Shown: positions 8,338 through 18,522 of the stretch, one piece after another
Layout of the letters: the number at the start of each line of letters is the position of its first letter
Position numbering within the stretch: the first letter of the stretch is position 1
From: Planctomycetales bacterium
GTDB taxonomy: Bacteria > 4484-113
Direction of reading: 5' to 3'
DNA: 64,000 bases
NCBI GenBank assembly: GCA_037441675.1
Contig: JBBIRS010000005.1
Coordinates: 43,648 to 107,647, forward strand
The notes under the pieces: generated by a model
What the model was told of the DNA's origin: nothing
Seen by the model: the letters and a program-made list of their open reading frames with translations, nothing else
Databases searched by the model: none
Program-made: the position numbers and the translations under genes

Positions 8338-9945
8338 ATGGCTAAATACATTTTTGTAACAGGCGGAAATGTGAGTTCAATTGGTAAGGGCATTCTCTGC
8401 GCCTCCACTGGCCTTTTGCTGAAATCCTTAGGCTATAAGGTGACTATTCTTAAGTGCGATCCATATGTAAACGTGGATGCTGGAACTATGAATCCCATTC
8501 AACATGGCGAGGTCTTTGTTACTGATGATGGCGCAGAAACTGATCTTGACCTTGGCCATTATGAACGATTTATTGATGAAGATCTCACACGCTTTAACAA
8601 CGTTACTACCGGTCAAATCTATAAGGCTGTTATCGAAAAGGAACGAGCGGGGGATTATTTGGGCAAATGTGTTCAAGTTATTCCACATATAACTGATGAA
8701 ATTAAAAGGCGCATTCAGCTTGTTGCTCGTCACACTCGAGCTGAGATAGTCATTGTGGAAATAGGTGGAACAGTTGGCGACATTGAAGGATTGCCATTTC
8801 TTGAAGCAATCAGGCAGTTCAAAAATGAAGTGGGCAAAGATAACGCCATTAACATACATGTAACGTTAATTCCCTTTTTGCATCCAGGTGGCGAGTTGAA
8901 AACGAAACTTACTCAGCATTCCGTGAAGGAGCTTAGAAGCATTGGCATATATCCTGACTTACTTGTGGTGCGAACACATCATCAAATTACTGATGACATG
9001 AGAAATAAGATATCTCTATTCTGTGATGTTCCGAGGGAGTGTGTTATTGAAGGGCTTGATGTCCAAAGTATATATGACGTTCCACAGATGCTTAACGAGC
9101 AGGGCTATGCAGAAATAGTCACTGAGCGCTTGGGGCTAGCTAAGAAGAAACCTGTAATTGAGGAATGGCAGGAGTTTCTCCGTAAGAAGGCGTCTCCAAC
9201 CGTTTCGGTGAAGGTTGTGGTTGTCGGTAAGTACAATCGCCTTAAGGATGCTTATCTATCAATCCTGGAAAGCCTTAATCACGCCTGTGTCCACGAGGGA
9301 GTTCAGCCAAAGCTAAAATGGGTGGACGCAGAAAGGGTGACGGAGGATAACGTTGCACGCATTTTGTCGCAGGGCGATGGGGTGCTTGTTCCATACGGGT
9401 TTGGGGAGCGTGGAGTTGAGGGCAAAATTCTCTCAGCTAAATTTGCAAGGGAAAATCAAAAACCTTACCTAGGCTTATGCCTTGGGCTTCAAATTGCGGT
9501 TATTGAATTTGCCCGAAATGTCTGCGGTCTTAAGGGAGCTCACTCAACGGAGTTTGTTCCTGACGCGGAACACCCAGTAATTGATTTCCTCCCCAGCCAA
9601 AGGGGTATACGTGAAAAGGGAGGCACAATGCGCCTTGGCGCTTATCCCTGCGAACTTGCGCCAAGAACGCTGTCAAGAAAGTACTACGGAAAACCGCGTA
9701 TAAGCGAACGACATCGGCATCGTTACGAGGTGAATCCTGCTTACCACGATAAATTAACAAAGGCGGGTCTAATTTTTTCAGGCCTTAGCCCTGATGGCAC
9801 TCTTGTGGAAATGATTGAGCTTCCGGATCATCCCTTCTTTTTGGCAAGTCAATTTCATCCAGAATTTAAGGGTCGTCCAACGAGACCTCACCCAATGTTC
9901 GTCGGTTTCGTTCAAGCAATGCTTGGCAAAACCCCTGACACTTAA
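8338..9945 (+). CDS. pyrG: CTP synthase
   Basis: KYIFVTGG.VSSIGKG, DPY.NVDAGTM, GLCLG and QFHPEF motifs. Confidence 0.99.
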   Translation: MAKYIFVTGGNVSSIGKGILCASTGLLLKSLGYKVTILKCDPYVNVDAGTMNPIQHGEVFVTDDGAETDLDLGHYERFIDEDLTRFNNVTTGQIYKAVIEKERAGDYLGKCVQVIPHITDEIKRRIQLVARHTRAEIVIVEIGGTVGDIEGLPFLEAIRQFKNEVGKDNAINIHVTLIPFLHPGGELKTKLTQHSVKELRSIGIYPDLLVVRTHHQITDDMRNKISLFCDVPRECVIEGLDVQSIYDVPQMLNEQGYAEIVTERLGLAKKKPVIEEWQEFLRKKASPTVSVKVVVVGKYNRLKDAYLSILESLNHACVHEGVQPKLKWVDAERVTEDNVARILSQGDGVLVPYGFGERGVEGKILSAKFARENQKPYLGLCLGLQIAVIEFARNVCGLKGAHSTEFVPDAEHPVIDFLPSQRGIREKGGTMRLGAYPCELAPRTLSRKYYGKPRISERHRHRYEVNPAYHDKLTKAGLIFSGLSPDGTLVEMIELPDHPFFLASQFHPEFKGRPTRPHPMFVGFVQAMLGKTPDT

Positions 9946-10052
9946 AATCCTAGGCGGATACCCTAGCGCTCGTAATCGGAGATGTTACGGCTTATCGCAA
10001 TGTTTAACTCATTGGAAGGAAAGTGGATAATGTATAATAAGGCCAAAGTAGA

Positions 10053-10070
10053 ATGAGAAATTTTTCACTA
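10053..10070. promoter_or_regulatory. Rex/CRP-like operator upstream of pckA
   Basis: ATGAGAA-ATTT-TTCACTA versus Rex consensus TTGTGAA-N4-TTCACAA (3 mismatches); a TATAAT follows shortly. Confidence 0.45.
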
Positions 10071-10169
10071 ATATAGTATCATATAATCGCAAAATCGCGA
10101 TTGATTTGGGTCATCAGTTTGAAAAAAGGTATAAAGTGAAATGGTTTTTAACTTATCGGAGGGCATAAA

Positions 10170-11753
10170 ATGGTGGTTATGGCTAAAAGCTTTTTGAGCG
10201 ACATTGGGATAGAAACGAGGGGTGAAATTTTCCGAAATCTACCAATGGCGGAGCTAGTGGAGCGAGCGGTTAAATTGGGTGAAGGGATTCTCGCGAGTAA
10301 TGGGGGGTTGGTGGTCAGGACGGGAAAGTGCAGTGGTCGTTCTCCCAAGGCAAAGTTTACGGTGCGTGAACCACTCACGGAGGAAAGCGTGTGGTGGGCT
10401 GGTCCTAATCAAGCTTTTTCGCCAGAAGCATTTGACCGAGTTCATGAAAAGGTTCTCGCGCACTTCAGGGAAAGGGACATATACGTCTTTGACGGATTTG
10501 TAATTGCTGACCCAAAATTAAGGATGCCAGTCCGCATTGTTTGTGAGAAGGCTTGGCACGCACTTTTTTCCCATACGCAGTTCAGGCGCCCACTACCTTA
10601 CGAGCTTGAAGACTTTCATCCTGAGTTCACCGTGCTTAATGCATGCGACCTACTTCTTGACCCCAAAGAGGATGGAACGGATAGCGATGTTGGCGTCCTT
10701 ATCAGCTTCTCTAAAAAGCTTGTGCTTATTGCTGGTTCTCAGTACGCGGGTGAAACAAAGAAGAGCGTCTTTACTTACCTTAACTATATCCTGCCGGAGA
10801 AGGGTGTTCTTCCTATGCATTGTTCTGCAAACATTGGAGAAAGTGGAGATACCGCGCTTTTCTTTGGGCTATCGGGAACTGGTAAGACTAGCCTATCCGC
10901 AGATCCAGAAAGAAGGTTGATTGGAGATGACGAGCATGGGTGGGGAGATGATGGAGTTTTTAACTTTGAGGGCGGTTGTTACGCGAAACTCATTCGCATT
11001 ACCCCAGAAACAGAGCCTCAGATTTACTTCGCCTTGCGTTTTGGTAGTGTTCTGGAAAATTTAGTTGTTGACGAGGAGCGCAATCCTCTTTACTTTGACG
11101 CCAGCATTACCGAAAACACCCGAGGCACATACCCCCTTGAACACATCCCAAACGTTGAGCTATCGGGTATTGGTGGTCATCCTAAGAACATATTTTTCCT
11201 TGCTGCTGACGCTTTTGCCATTCTACCCCCCATTGCTAAACTCACACCTGCGCAGGCTAGCTACCAGTTTATCAGCGGATACACCGCAAAAGTCGCGGGA
11301 ACGGAACGCGGGGTAACCGAGCCTCAGGTGACTTTCAGCGCATGTTTTGGTCTTCCATTTCTGCCTAGACACCCTGGGGTATATGCTTCAATGCTCGCAG
11401 AAAGGGTAAGTAAACATAACTGTTCCGTTTGGCTTGTAAACACCGGATGGAGCGGTGGACCTTACCGCGTAGGTGAAAGGATGCCCATTCATTTGACCCG
11501 CTCACTTCTAAAAGCAGCGCTATTTGGTGTGCTTGAGCGGGCAGGATTTGAACCTGAACCAGTCTTTGGGCTTATGGTTCCGAAAGAGTGCCCCGGCGTC
11601 CCTACGGAAATTCTTATGCCCAGAAACACCTGGAAAGATAAAGACGCATACGACTCAAAGGCTAGGGAGCTGGTAGGGCTATTCCATAAAAACTTTGAGC
11701 AGTATAAAGATTCTGTTTCAAAGGAAGTGCTCTCGGCGGGACCAATTTTATAA
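10170..11753 (+). CDS. pckA: Phosphoenolpyruvate carboxykinase (ATP)
   Basis: GRSPKAKF, MHCSAN, FFGLSGTGKT, IGDDEHGW and EGGCYAK motifs. Confidence 0.98.
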   Translation: MVVMAKSFLSDIGIETRGEIFRNLPMAELVERAVKLGEGILASNGGLVVRTGKCSGRSPKAKFTVREPLTEESVWWAGPNQAFSPEAFDRVHEKVLAHFRERDIYVFDGFVIADPKLRMPVRIVCEKAWHALFSHTQFRRPLPYELEDFHPEFTVLNACDLLLDPKEDGTDSDVGVLISFSKKLVLIAGSQYAGETKKSVFTYLNYILPEKGVLPMHCSANIGESGDTALFFGLSGTGKTSLSADPERRLIGDDEHGWGDDGVFNFEGGCYAKLIRITPETEPQIYFALRFGSVLENLVVDEERNPLYFDASITENTRGTYPLEHIPNVELSGIGGHPKNIFFLAADAFAILPPIAKLTPAQASYQFISGYTAKVAGTERGVTEPQVTFSACFGLPFLPRHPGVYASMLAERVSKHNCSVWLVNTGWSGGPYRVGERMPIHLTRSLLKAALFGVLERAGFEPEPVFGLMVPKECPGVPTEILMPRNTWKDKDAYDSKARELVGLFHKNFEQYKDSVSKEVLSAGPIL

Positions 11754-11831
11754 AGCACGGAGAACTGGGTTCTTAGGAAAATAGTGAACTTCTTCTAGCT
11801 TTCAGAGGATTGAGAAGAATAAAGTAGAAGG

Positions 11832-12011
11832 CTAGGGTTGTTCTCGAGTAAAGGTCAAAATTAAAGCTCCTAAGAAGAGAAAAGGCACTCCGAATAAGAA
11901 AACCGCAGTTGCGTTGTCTATGTAGGAAATTTTAACGCCTGGGATGAGCAAATAAACTATTGTTCCAAGCCCGGTTAGAAAGAAAACCCATCCGAGACTC
12001 CTTGCAATCAT
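11832..12011 (-). CDS. Small 59-aa two-TM membrane protein (below the ORF-track cutoff)
   Basis: MIARSLGWVFFLTGLGTIVYLLIPGVKISYIDNATAVFLFGVPFLFLGALILTFTREQP*; fills an otherwise empty gap. Confidence 0.55.
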   Translation of the reverse strand: MIARSLGWVFFLTGLGTIVYLLIPGVKISYIDNATAVFLFGVPFLFLGALILTFTREQP

Positions 12012-12170
12012 AGGCGAGAATAGAGAATATCACTTTTTCTCCCAAACGTATAGAGCGTTTATTCTTTAATCTCCTACTTTCGTTATTTTGCAAGATTAAG
12101 TTTACAGATTCGCAAATATCAGTTCCGCTTGAATAGAAGCAGTAATGTCATTCTGGTATTATGGATTTGT

Positions 12171-12836
12171 ATGGTTAAAGATACCATTCTCATTAAGAGA
12201 GTAACAGAGTATGCCCCAATTCCGCTTAATGAGAATGCCTGTGCACTTCTGCTTCAATATGTCAAGCTGATTGAAAATTATAGAGATGTTGGAAGGCTTA
12301 CTTCTATTAGGAGAACAACGGACTTGATAGACTTTCTCATCACCGAATCGCTTCAACTCGCCAAATTTCTGCCATCAGCGGGAAATTTTACTTTGGCGGA
12401 TCTTGGCGCGGGTTCAGGCGCGGTAGGAATATCTCTTGGCATTGCTATCCCTAATCTCACGGTCTCTCTCTTTGAACGCTCAGTTAGAAAGATTGGTTTC
12501 CTTCGGCTAGCGGTTACCGCTCTTACCTTGAAGAACGTTAAAATAGAGGAAAGGGATGTAAGAAGCATCAAAAAGGGAGAGTATTCTTTTGACTTCATAG
12601 CCTCTAGGGCGTTCGCTCCGTTTACCGAATACCTAGAAGTTGCTCTTAAACTTGTAAAGCCTTCAGGTTGCATTCTAGGGTTTACCCCAAGAGGCGGACT
12701 TGATGATGCAAGTATTGAAAAATTTAGTGAAAATAAGATGGAGGTAGATCTCTTAAAGTATCATCTTCCTAACGATAAAAGAGGCGGTGTTTACTCAATA
12801 CGCTTCAAAGGAGCGGTGGATATATGCAGGCAATAG
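12171..12836 (+). CDS. rsmG: 16S rRNA m7G527 methyltransferase RsmG (GidB)
   Basis: DLGAGSG SAM motif and FDFIASRAF; directly upstream of parA. Start moved to ATG 12171. Confidence 0.88.
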   Translation: MVKDTILIKRVTEYAPIPLNENACALLLQYVKLIENYRDVGRLTSIRRTTDLIDFLITESLQLAKFLPSAGNFTLADLGAGSGAVGISLGIAIPNLTVSLFERSVRKIGFLRLAVTALTLKNVKIEERDVRSIKKGEYSFDFIASRAFAPFTEYLEVALKLVKPSGCILGFTPRGGLDDASIEKFSENKMEVDLLKYHLPNDKRGGVYSIRFKGAVDICRQ

Positions 12837-13645
12837 CCATAGCCAATCAAAAGGGTGGAGTTGGAAAGACAACGACAGCCATAAATTTATCCTCGGCGCT
12901 AGCGGAACGCGCAAGACGTGTCCTGCTTGTGGATGCGGACCCGCAAGCTCACGCCACTCAAGGTTTAGGAATAACCGTAGTTAAACTAAGTCTTGCAGAC
13001 GCCATTTTGTATCCTGAAAGAACTAATGAAGCGATTCTTCCGACTGTAGTTCGCAATCTATTTCTACTTCCCGGTGGGACTAGCCTTGTTGACACTGAAG
13101 TATTAGCGCAAACCCGCGCGGGCAAGGAGCAGTCGTTTCTGAATGTTCTCTCAAGGTTGGGAAGTGAATTTGACTATGTCCTTGTTGACACCGCCCCATC
13201 GCTTTCGTTCGTGAACATTTCCGTTCTAAATGGCGTAAATTACGTGATTATTCCACTGCTGGCTGAATTTCTTTCTCTGCCTGGGCTAGTGTCTATGATT
13301 TCCCTGATTAGGAGCATTAAGAATGGGTTTAACAAGAATCTGGAAGTTATGGGCGTTCTAATATGTATGTACGACGGAAGAACCAATCTCGCTAAAGACG
13401 TGCTTTTGGAGCTAAAGGCTAACTTTGAAGGAAGCGTATTTGAGACAAAGATACCTAGAAGCGTTCGCGCAGCGGAAGCACCTTCTTTTGGTTTACCAGT
13501 AACGGAGTATGCACGGTCAAATCCCGTCGCAATTGCATACCGAGAGCTTGCTGCGGAGGTTGAAAGATATATATCACAATTTATGGATAGCAAAAGGGTG
13601 ACGGGAGAGGAAGTAATTTCGTTTCATCAGGCAAAAACGAGTTAA
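12824..13645 (+). CDS. parA: ParA/Soj family ATPase
   Basis: NQKGGVGKTTT, DADPQ, DTAPS and IPRSVR.AEAPSFG motifs. Confidence 0.95.
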   Translation: MQAIAIANQKGGVGKTTTAINLSSALAERARRVLLVDADPQAHATQGLGITVVKLSLADAILYPERTNEAILPTVVRNLFLLPGGTSLVDTEVLAQTRAGKEQSFLNVLSRLGSEFDYVLVDTAPSLSFVNISVLNGVNYVIIPLLAEFLSLPGLVSMISLIRSIKNGFNKNLEVMGVLICMYDGRTNLAKDVLLELKANFEGSVFETKIPRSVRAAEAPSFGLPVTEYARSNPVAIAYRELAAEVERYISQFMDSKRVTGEEVISFHQAKTS

Positions 13646-13668
13646 TTGGGGGTAAAGATAGGGTTCAT

Positions 13669-14448
13669 TTACTCGCTGAACATTCCACCCGTAATGCTTC
13701 CAAAGAGTTCGGTCATAACCTTAATTTCTTTGTAGGGCGGAGGAGGGGAGAACAGGCTGCGAGCTGGCTTGCCAATTTTGAGGTTGTAAAGTTCAATTGT
13801 CTCTGTTCTATCGGGATTTTCCTCTGGGTAATAAACCTCAAGCCTAACCCAAGGCTTTGATTCAAAATCCTGAGCCTGCCAGCCTTTTCCCTCGCGCTTC
13901 TTGCCATCTTGCCATGTCACGATAATTTTGTAAACGTCGCATGGATGATTATCGTGTTTATCCTCGCCGATTTTTATCTTCTCTACCTTTGGAGGAACGT
14001 GCTTTTTCGCAGTGCCTTCATGGTGAAATATATCACCTCCGGGCGTTGCACCTTTCTCCGGCTTCATCACCATAAACTTCTCGGGCACGTGATAAAGTAT
14101 AATGCTCTTTTCCTGTGCCGGTAGGTAAATCATTCCAGTCCATAGCATTATTTCGCTTATGGGATCACCTTCATCTTCGGATTCGCTTTCTCTCATATCG
14201 GTGTCGAATCTGATATCCTCGCCATCCTTGGCTACTAAGCCCTTTATTATCTTCTTGCTGTCACCCTCAAGTGTTGTTCTGACATAGTCTGTGTAAAAGT
14301 TATAAGTCCATAGCTTCATTATAAGCTCATCAAATCCTTCTTCACCTATGCCAAAGAACGCCTTTGATGCTTGATATGGAAAGATTGCGAGAACAAATAC
14401 GGTCATCGAAAAGAGAACTAACTTTAGGAATTTTTTTGCTAATTCCAT
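13669..14448 (-). CDS. Exported hypothetical protein (DUF4412/LolA-like fold possible)
   Basis: Signal peptide; KIGED..D.HPCDVYKI and ending P..SLFSPP.PY pattern; AGGAG RBS. Confidence 0.6.
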   Translation of the reverse strand: MELAKKFLKLVLFSMTVFVLAIFPYQASKAFFGIGEEGFDELIMKLWTYNFYTDYVRTTLEGDSKKIIKGLVAKDGEDIRFDTDMRESESEDEGDPISEIMLWTGMIYLPAQEKSIILYHVPEKFMVMKPEKGATPGGDIFHHEGTAKKHVPPKVEKIKIGEDKHDNHPCDVYKIIVTWQDGKKREGKGWQAQDFESKPWVRLEVYYPEENPDRTETIELYNLKIGKPARSLFSPPPPYKEIKVMTELFGSITGGMFSE

Positions 14449-14561
14449 TTCATACTCCTTGATAATGATGGCTTTGAATTATATCATAGTGAAAGAAAAC
14501 AAAGCACCATCTGGGAGAATATTAAGTTATCCTTTGTTATAATCTTGCTAGGCAGTTCCTA

Positions 14562-15641
14562 ATGAAGGAATTTGTAAAGAGAAGCCTGTTCATAGTTGTT
14601 ATGCTTCTGCTAGTTGTCTTCTTATATTACATTCGCTTCTTGTTCATCTATTTTGCGTTTGCGGTACTCTTTGCGTACTTAATGAATGCTCCTGTGGATT
14701 GGCTAGTAAGGCGAGGGCTACCGAGGGTGCCTTCTATTCTTTTAGTTTTCATAGTATTTATTCTATTTCTAGGCACAATTGTGCTTTTCACTATTCCAAT
14801 CATCACTGAGGAGGGTCGTCAATTCATAAATGATATTCCAGTTTATCTTAAGACCTTTGAAGATAATGTTAATAGCTTCTTTCAGAGGTACTATCCCGAT
14901 TACCGTTTCGTGCTAGCGGACACCATTTCTGAATGGCTAACTGGTTTTCAGAGCGATGTGCCTAGGCTCGTAAAGACCACCTTCCAGACCTTGCGCGGAT
15001 TCTCCACACTTCTTCTCGGTATCGTTCTTGTGCCACTGATGGTTTACTACTTTCTCAAGGATGCAGAAAAGATGAAGAACACCTTCAAAATGCTATTCCC
15101 GCAGGCTTACGACGAGAGGATTGATAAAGGGCTCTCAAGAGTAAACCTTATGCTTGGGAATTATGTGCGAGGCAGGCTCTTTCTTGGCATTTTCGTAGGC
15201 ACCCTCATCACAATAGGCCTCACCCTTATCGGGATTAAGTATCCCCTGCTACTTGGAATACTGGCGGGCGTGGCTGAATTCATCCCAGTTTTAGGACCTA
15301 TTCTCGCATACATCCCAGCAGGACTTCTTGCACTTGGAGGGAGCCCAGTTCTTTTAGTCGCGGTAACAATTCTTTACCTTGCGGTAAATGCGGTTGAAAC
15401 CTACCTTTTAGTTCCTTATGTGATGGGCGAGACGATGGACCTTCATCCACTTACCGTTATAATTGCGATGATGATTGGCGCTTATATTGCTGGCATATTT
15501 GGCCTTTTGATTGCGCTTCCCTGTGTCGCCGCTATTAAGATTATTCTTGAGATATTTGTATTGAAGCGTGAGGAGCTTGGTATCGCTTCAAAAGTTCCTC
15601 TTACCACCTCCGCTAATCCTAGTGAAACTTATGATGAATGA
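14562..15641 (+). CDS. AI-2E family transporter
   Basis: FAYLMNAPVDWL, YVRG, EFIPVLGP and P.VMG..MDLHP motifs. Confidence 0.93.
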   Translation: MKEFVKRSLFIVVMLLLVVFLYYIRFLFIYFAFAVLFAYLMNAPVDWLVRRGLPRVPSILLVFIVFILFLGTIVLFTIPIITEEGRQFINDIPVYLKTFEDNVNSFFQRYYPDYRFVLADTISEWLTGFQSDVPRLVKTTFQTLRGFSTLLLGIVLVPLMVYYFLKDAEKMKNTFKMLFPQAYDERIDKGLSRVNLMLGNYVRGRLFLGIFVGTLITIGLTLIGIKYPLLLGILAGVAEFIPVLGPILAYIPAGLLALGGSPVLLVAVTILYLAVNAVETYLLVPYVMGETMDLHPLTVIIAMMIGAYIAGIFGLLIALPCVAAIKIILEIFVLKREELGIASKVPLTTSANPSETYDE

Positions 15642-15679
15642 CTAGAATAGCCACAACACATCCCAAGAGGATTATCTAG

Positions 15680-16387
15680 ATGATAGATAACGTACTAGTA
15701 TCTCTACCTGAAAACTTTTCGTTTATCTTGGGTTTGGTTCACATAGAGAAGGTGGAGGTTCGGGAAAGCGAGTTTGCCTTTAGAGAGATAGTTGAGAGAT
15801 TTTGCGCTGATTTATTGAACGAGCTAGCAAGCCAGGGCAAAAAGAGAGATGGTTATAAGCCTGAATTGAGGGATGCGGTTAGGGCGCTTCTTAGGCAGGG
15901 AGGATTTAAGCCTTCTGGGAGAAACCGACCGGCAAATGAGTTCCTCCTGCGCCAATTGATAGATAGCGGTGGTTTAAACTTTATTCTAAATTTAGTTGAT
16001 ATTAACAATTTCCTCTCTCTTAAACATTTTCTGCCAATGAGCGTGTTGGATGCGAATAAGTTTAAGGGATGCCTTACGGTTAGGCTTGGGATTAAGGGCG
16101 AACGATATATCTTTAATCAATCTCAGCAGGAGATTGATCTGGAAGGATTGATAGTTCTTGCGAACAAAGAGGGCGATTCTTCCATAGCGCTTGGAAGCCC
16201 GGTTAAGGATTCAATGGAGGGAAAGGTTAATCTTAATACTAGTTCCATTTTGACTGTGGTTTACGCCCCAACAAGACTGATCGAGAAGGATAAAATGCAG
16301 GAGATTCTCTGTGAATGGAGTTCTCTTTCTGAAGCATATTCAAAGGCGAAAGGAATAACTTCTAGGATTTTATCCAATAAAGCTTGA
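15680..16387 (+). CDS. Stand-alone B3/B4 (PheT editing-like) domain protein
   Basis: GFKPSGRNRPANEFL and NLVDINNFLSL...PMSVLD motifs. Confidence 0.8.
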   Translation: MIDNVLVSLPENFSFILGLVHIEKVEVRESEFAFREIVERFCADLLNELASQGKKRDGYKPELRDAVRALLRQGGFKPSGRNRPANEFLLRQLIDSGGLNFILNLVDINNFLSLKHFLPMSVLDANKFKGCLTVRLGIKGERYIFNQSQQEIDLEGLIVLANKEGDSSIALGSPVKDSMEGKVNLNTSSILTVVYAPTRLIEKDKMQEILCEWSSLSEAYSKAKGITSRILSNKA

Positions 16388-16403
16388 CGCGCGAAATTTC
16401 TGA

Positions 16404-17216
16404 ATGATTACGATTGAAAACTACGATGGAAGCAAGCTTACGCTGGAAAAACCTTGCAAGCGGATAGTATCGCTAGTTCCATCTATAACTGAGACCATTT
16501 ATGAACTAGGGGCAGGAGAGAGAGTCGTAGGGATTACAGAGTTTTGCGTTAAACCATGGAAGTTTTACAAGTCAAAGCAAAAGGTTGGAGGTACTAAAAA
16601 TCCTAACATTGAAAAGATAAGACTTTTGCGTCCAGACATAATCCTTTGCAACAAAGAGGAAAATACAAGGGTCGCAGTAGAGAAACTGAGGGAGATATGC
16701 CCTGTTCACGTTTCTTATCCAACTACTATTGAGATGGCTAAGGAGCTTGTTATGACACTTGGTAAAATTACTGGGTGTAAAGAGAGAGCGGAAGAAATCA
16801 ACAATCGGATAGATGAATCGCTTAAAAATGCTAAAGAGAATCCTCCACTTTTAGGTGGGAAGAGGGCGCTTTACCTTGTATGGAAGAATCCTTTTATGAC
16901 TATATCAGCGGAAACTTACATATACGACGTAATTATTCATGCGCATCTAAAACCCATTCTCTTTGCAAAATCTGAGCGATATCCTAGAATATTGGAGGAG
17001 GAGATTGCAAACTCTCAGGCTGAAGTGGTAATTTTCCCGGATGAACCTTGGCGATTCACCTACTCTGATATAGAGGAGTTCCGCCAGAAAATCAAACATC
17101 TGCCTGCGGTGATGGAGCACGCTTTGTTTAAGATTGAGGGGTCATACGTATCCTGGTTCGGTTATCGCACGAGCCTTGCCCTTGAGTATATGCTTCGCTG
17201 TATGAACCTTCCATAA
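16404..17216 (+). CDS. BtuF-like helical-backbone metal/cobalamin-binding protein without a signal peptide
   Basis: RIVSLVPSITET, VVGITEFC, VGGTKNP and NKEEN motifs. Confidence 0.85.
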   Translation: MITIENYDGSKLTLEKPCKRIVSLVPSITETIYELGAGERVVGITEFCVKPWKFYKSKQKVGGTKNPNIEKIRLLRPDIILCNKEENTRVAVEKLREICPVHVSYPTTIEMAKELVMTLGKITGCKERAEEINNRIDESLKNAKENPPLLGGKRALYLVWKNPFMTISAETYIYDVIIHAHLKPILFAKSERYPRILEEEIANSQAEVVIFPDEPWRFTYSDIEEFRQKIKHLPAVMEHALFKIEGSYVSWFGYRTSLALEYMLRCMNLP

Positions 17217-17292
17217 GGGCTTTTTCTACCTAATATTTGCCACAAAACAAAAGCTATTTCCTTAAAGTATTAAAATAGTTTCCGTCAAAGTA

Positions 17293-18498
17293 ATGGTTGA
17301 GGCTTACAAAACGGGTACTATCATTCGAAATACACAGGCGTTATTGGGGTTAGAGGCGCTTTACCTTGCACCTTATGCTATGAAAAGTATTGATAGCGAG
17401 GGGAGGGAGCACGATGAGCCACCTCCCACCGCACGAACCCCCTATCAACGAGATTGGCACCGCATCACCCATTCACGCGCCTTCAGAAAGCTGGAGTTCA
17501 AGACTCAAGTTTTTGTTTACGGCCATTCCGGGGAAGGAGGAGAGGTGGTCAGAAACCGCCTTACTCACACATTGGAGGTTTCCCAGATTGCTACAAGCAT
17601 CTCTCGAACACTTGGACTTAACGAGGATTTGGCGATGGCGATTTCCCTTGCCCACGATTTGGGACATACTCCATTTGGACATGCAGGCGAGGAAGCTCTT
17701 ACTGAGTTGGTGTCAGCTTTTAACCATAACGTTCACTCCTTGAGAATTGTCAGGAAGCTGGAGAAAAGGTATCCCGAGTTTGATGGACTCAACTTAACCC
17801 TTGAGACCCTTGAAGGCATTGAAAAGCACGATACCGATTATGATAAGGTAAACCTGCACAAGTACCATCCCGGCGAGTTTCCCCCTTTAGAGGCACAAGT
17901 GGCAAGTGTTGCGGACGTTATCGCTTATCGTGCCCATGACCTTGAGGATGGATTTCTCTCAGGCATTCTAAATGCGGAGATGTTGAACGAGCTTGGAATT
18001 GACTTATGGGGGAAGATTTACGAAAGAATACTTTCCATAACATCTGAAGAGATAAAGCTTGCCCAAATATCGAGACTTTTGATCGATGAGCTTGTTTGTG
18101 ATGTGGTTGACGAGACTTCAAAGCTTCTGGCTGAAAACGCGGTTGATTCGGTGGATAAGGTTAGAAAAGGGCAAAGGAATTTAGTGCAGTTTTCTTCCCG
18201 AATTGCTGAGGAGCTGGAAAAGCTGGGTAACTTTCTCTATGAGAAGCTTTATATGAATTACAGAATCCTTAGAAATACTAACAAAGGTAAGATGATAATC
18301 CGCAAACTTTTTCAGGAGTACAAGCAGAATCCGAGACTTCTACCGCCTAAGGTCAAGCAAGAGTATGATTTGGCTTACGCTAGAGCGGGAGAGGATGAAG
18401 AACCTGAAAGGGTTATTGCTGATTATATTGCAGGTATGACTGATCGATTTGCGGAGGAGGAGTATCTTCGTTTGTTTGAGGTGGGACATTGGTTGTAA
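17293..18498 (+). CDS. dgt: Deoxyguanosinetriphosphate triphosphohydrolase
   Basis: AFRKL..KTQV, RNRLTHTLEV, HDLGHTPFGHAGE and DYIAGMTD motifs. Confidence 0.95.
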   Translation: MVEAYKTGTIIRNTQALLGLEALYLAPYAMKSIDSEGREHDEPPPTARTPYQRDWHRITHSRAFRKLEFKTQVFVYGHSGEGGEVVRNRLTHTLEVSQIATSISRTLGLNEDLAMAISLAHDLGHTPFGHAGEEALTELVSAFNHNVHSLRIVRKLEKRYPEFDGLNLTLETLEGIEKHDTDYDKVNLHKYHPGEFPPLEAQVASVADVIAYRAHDLEDGFLSGILNAEMLNELGIDLWGKIYERILSITSEEIKLAQISRLLIDELVCDVVDETSKLLAENAVDSVDKVRKGQRNLVQFSSRIAEELEKLGNFLYEKLYMNYRILRNTNKGKMIIRKLFQEYKQNPRLLPPKVKQEYDLAYARAGEDEEPERVIADYIAGMTDRFAEEEYLRLFEVGHWL

Positions 18499-18522
18499 TA
18501 AATCTTAGGAGGGCTTAGTGAA

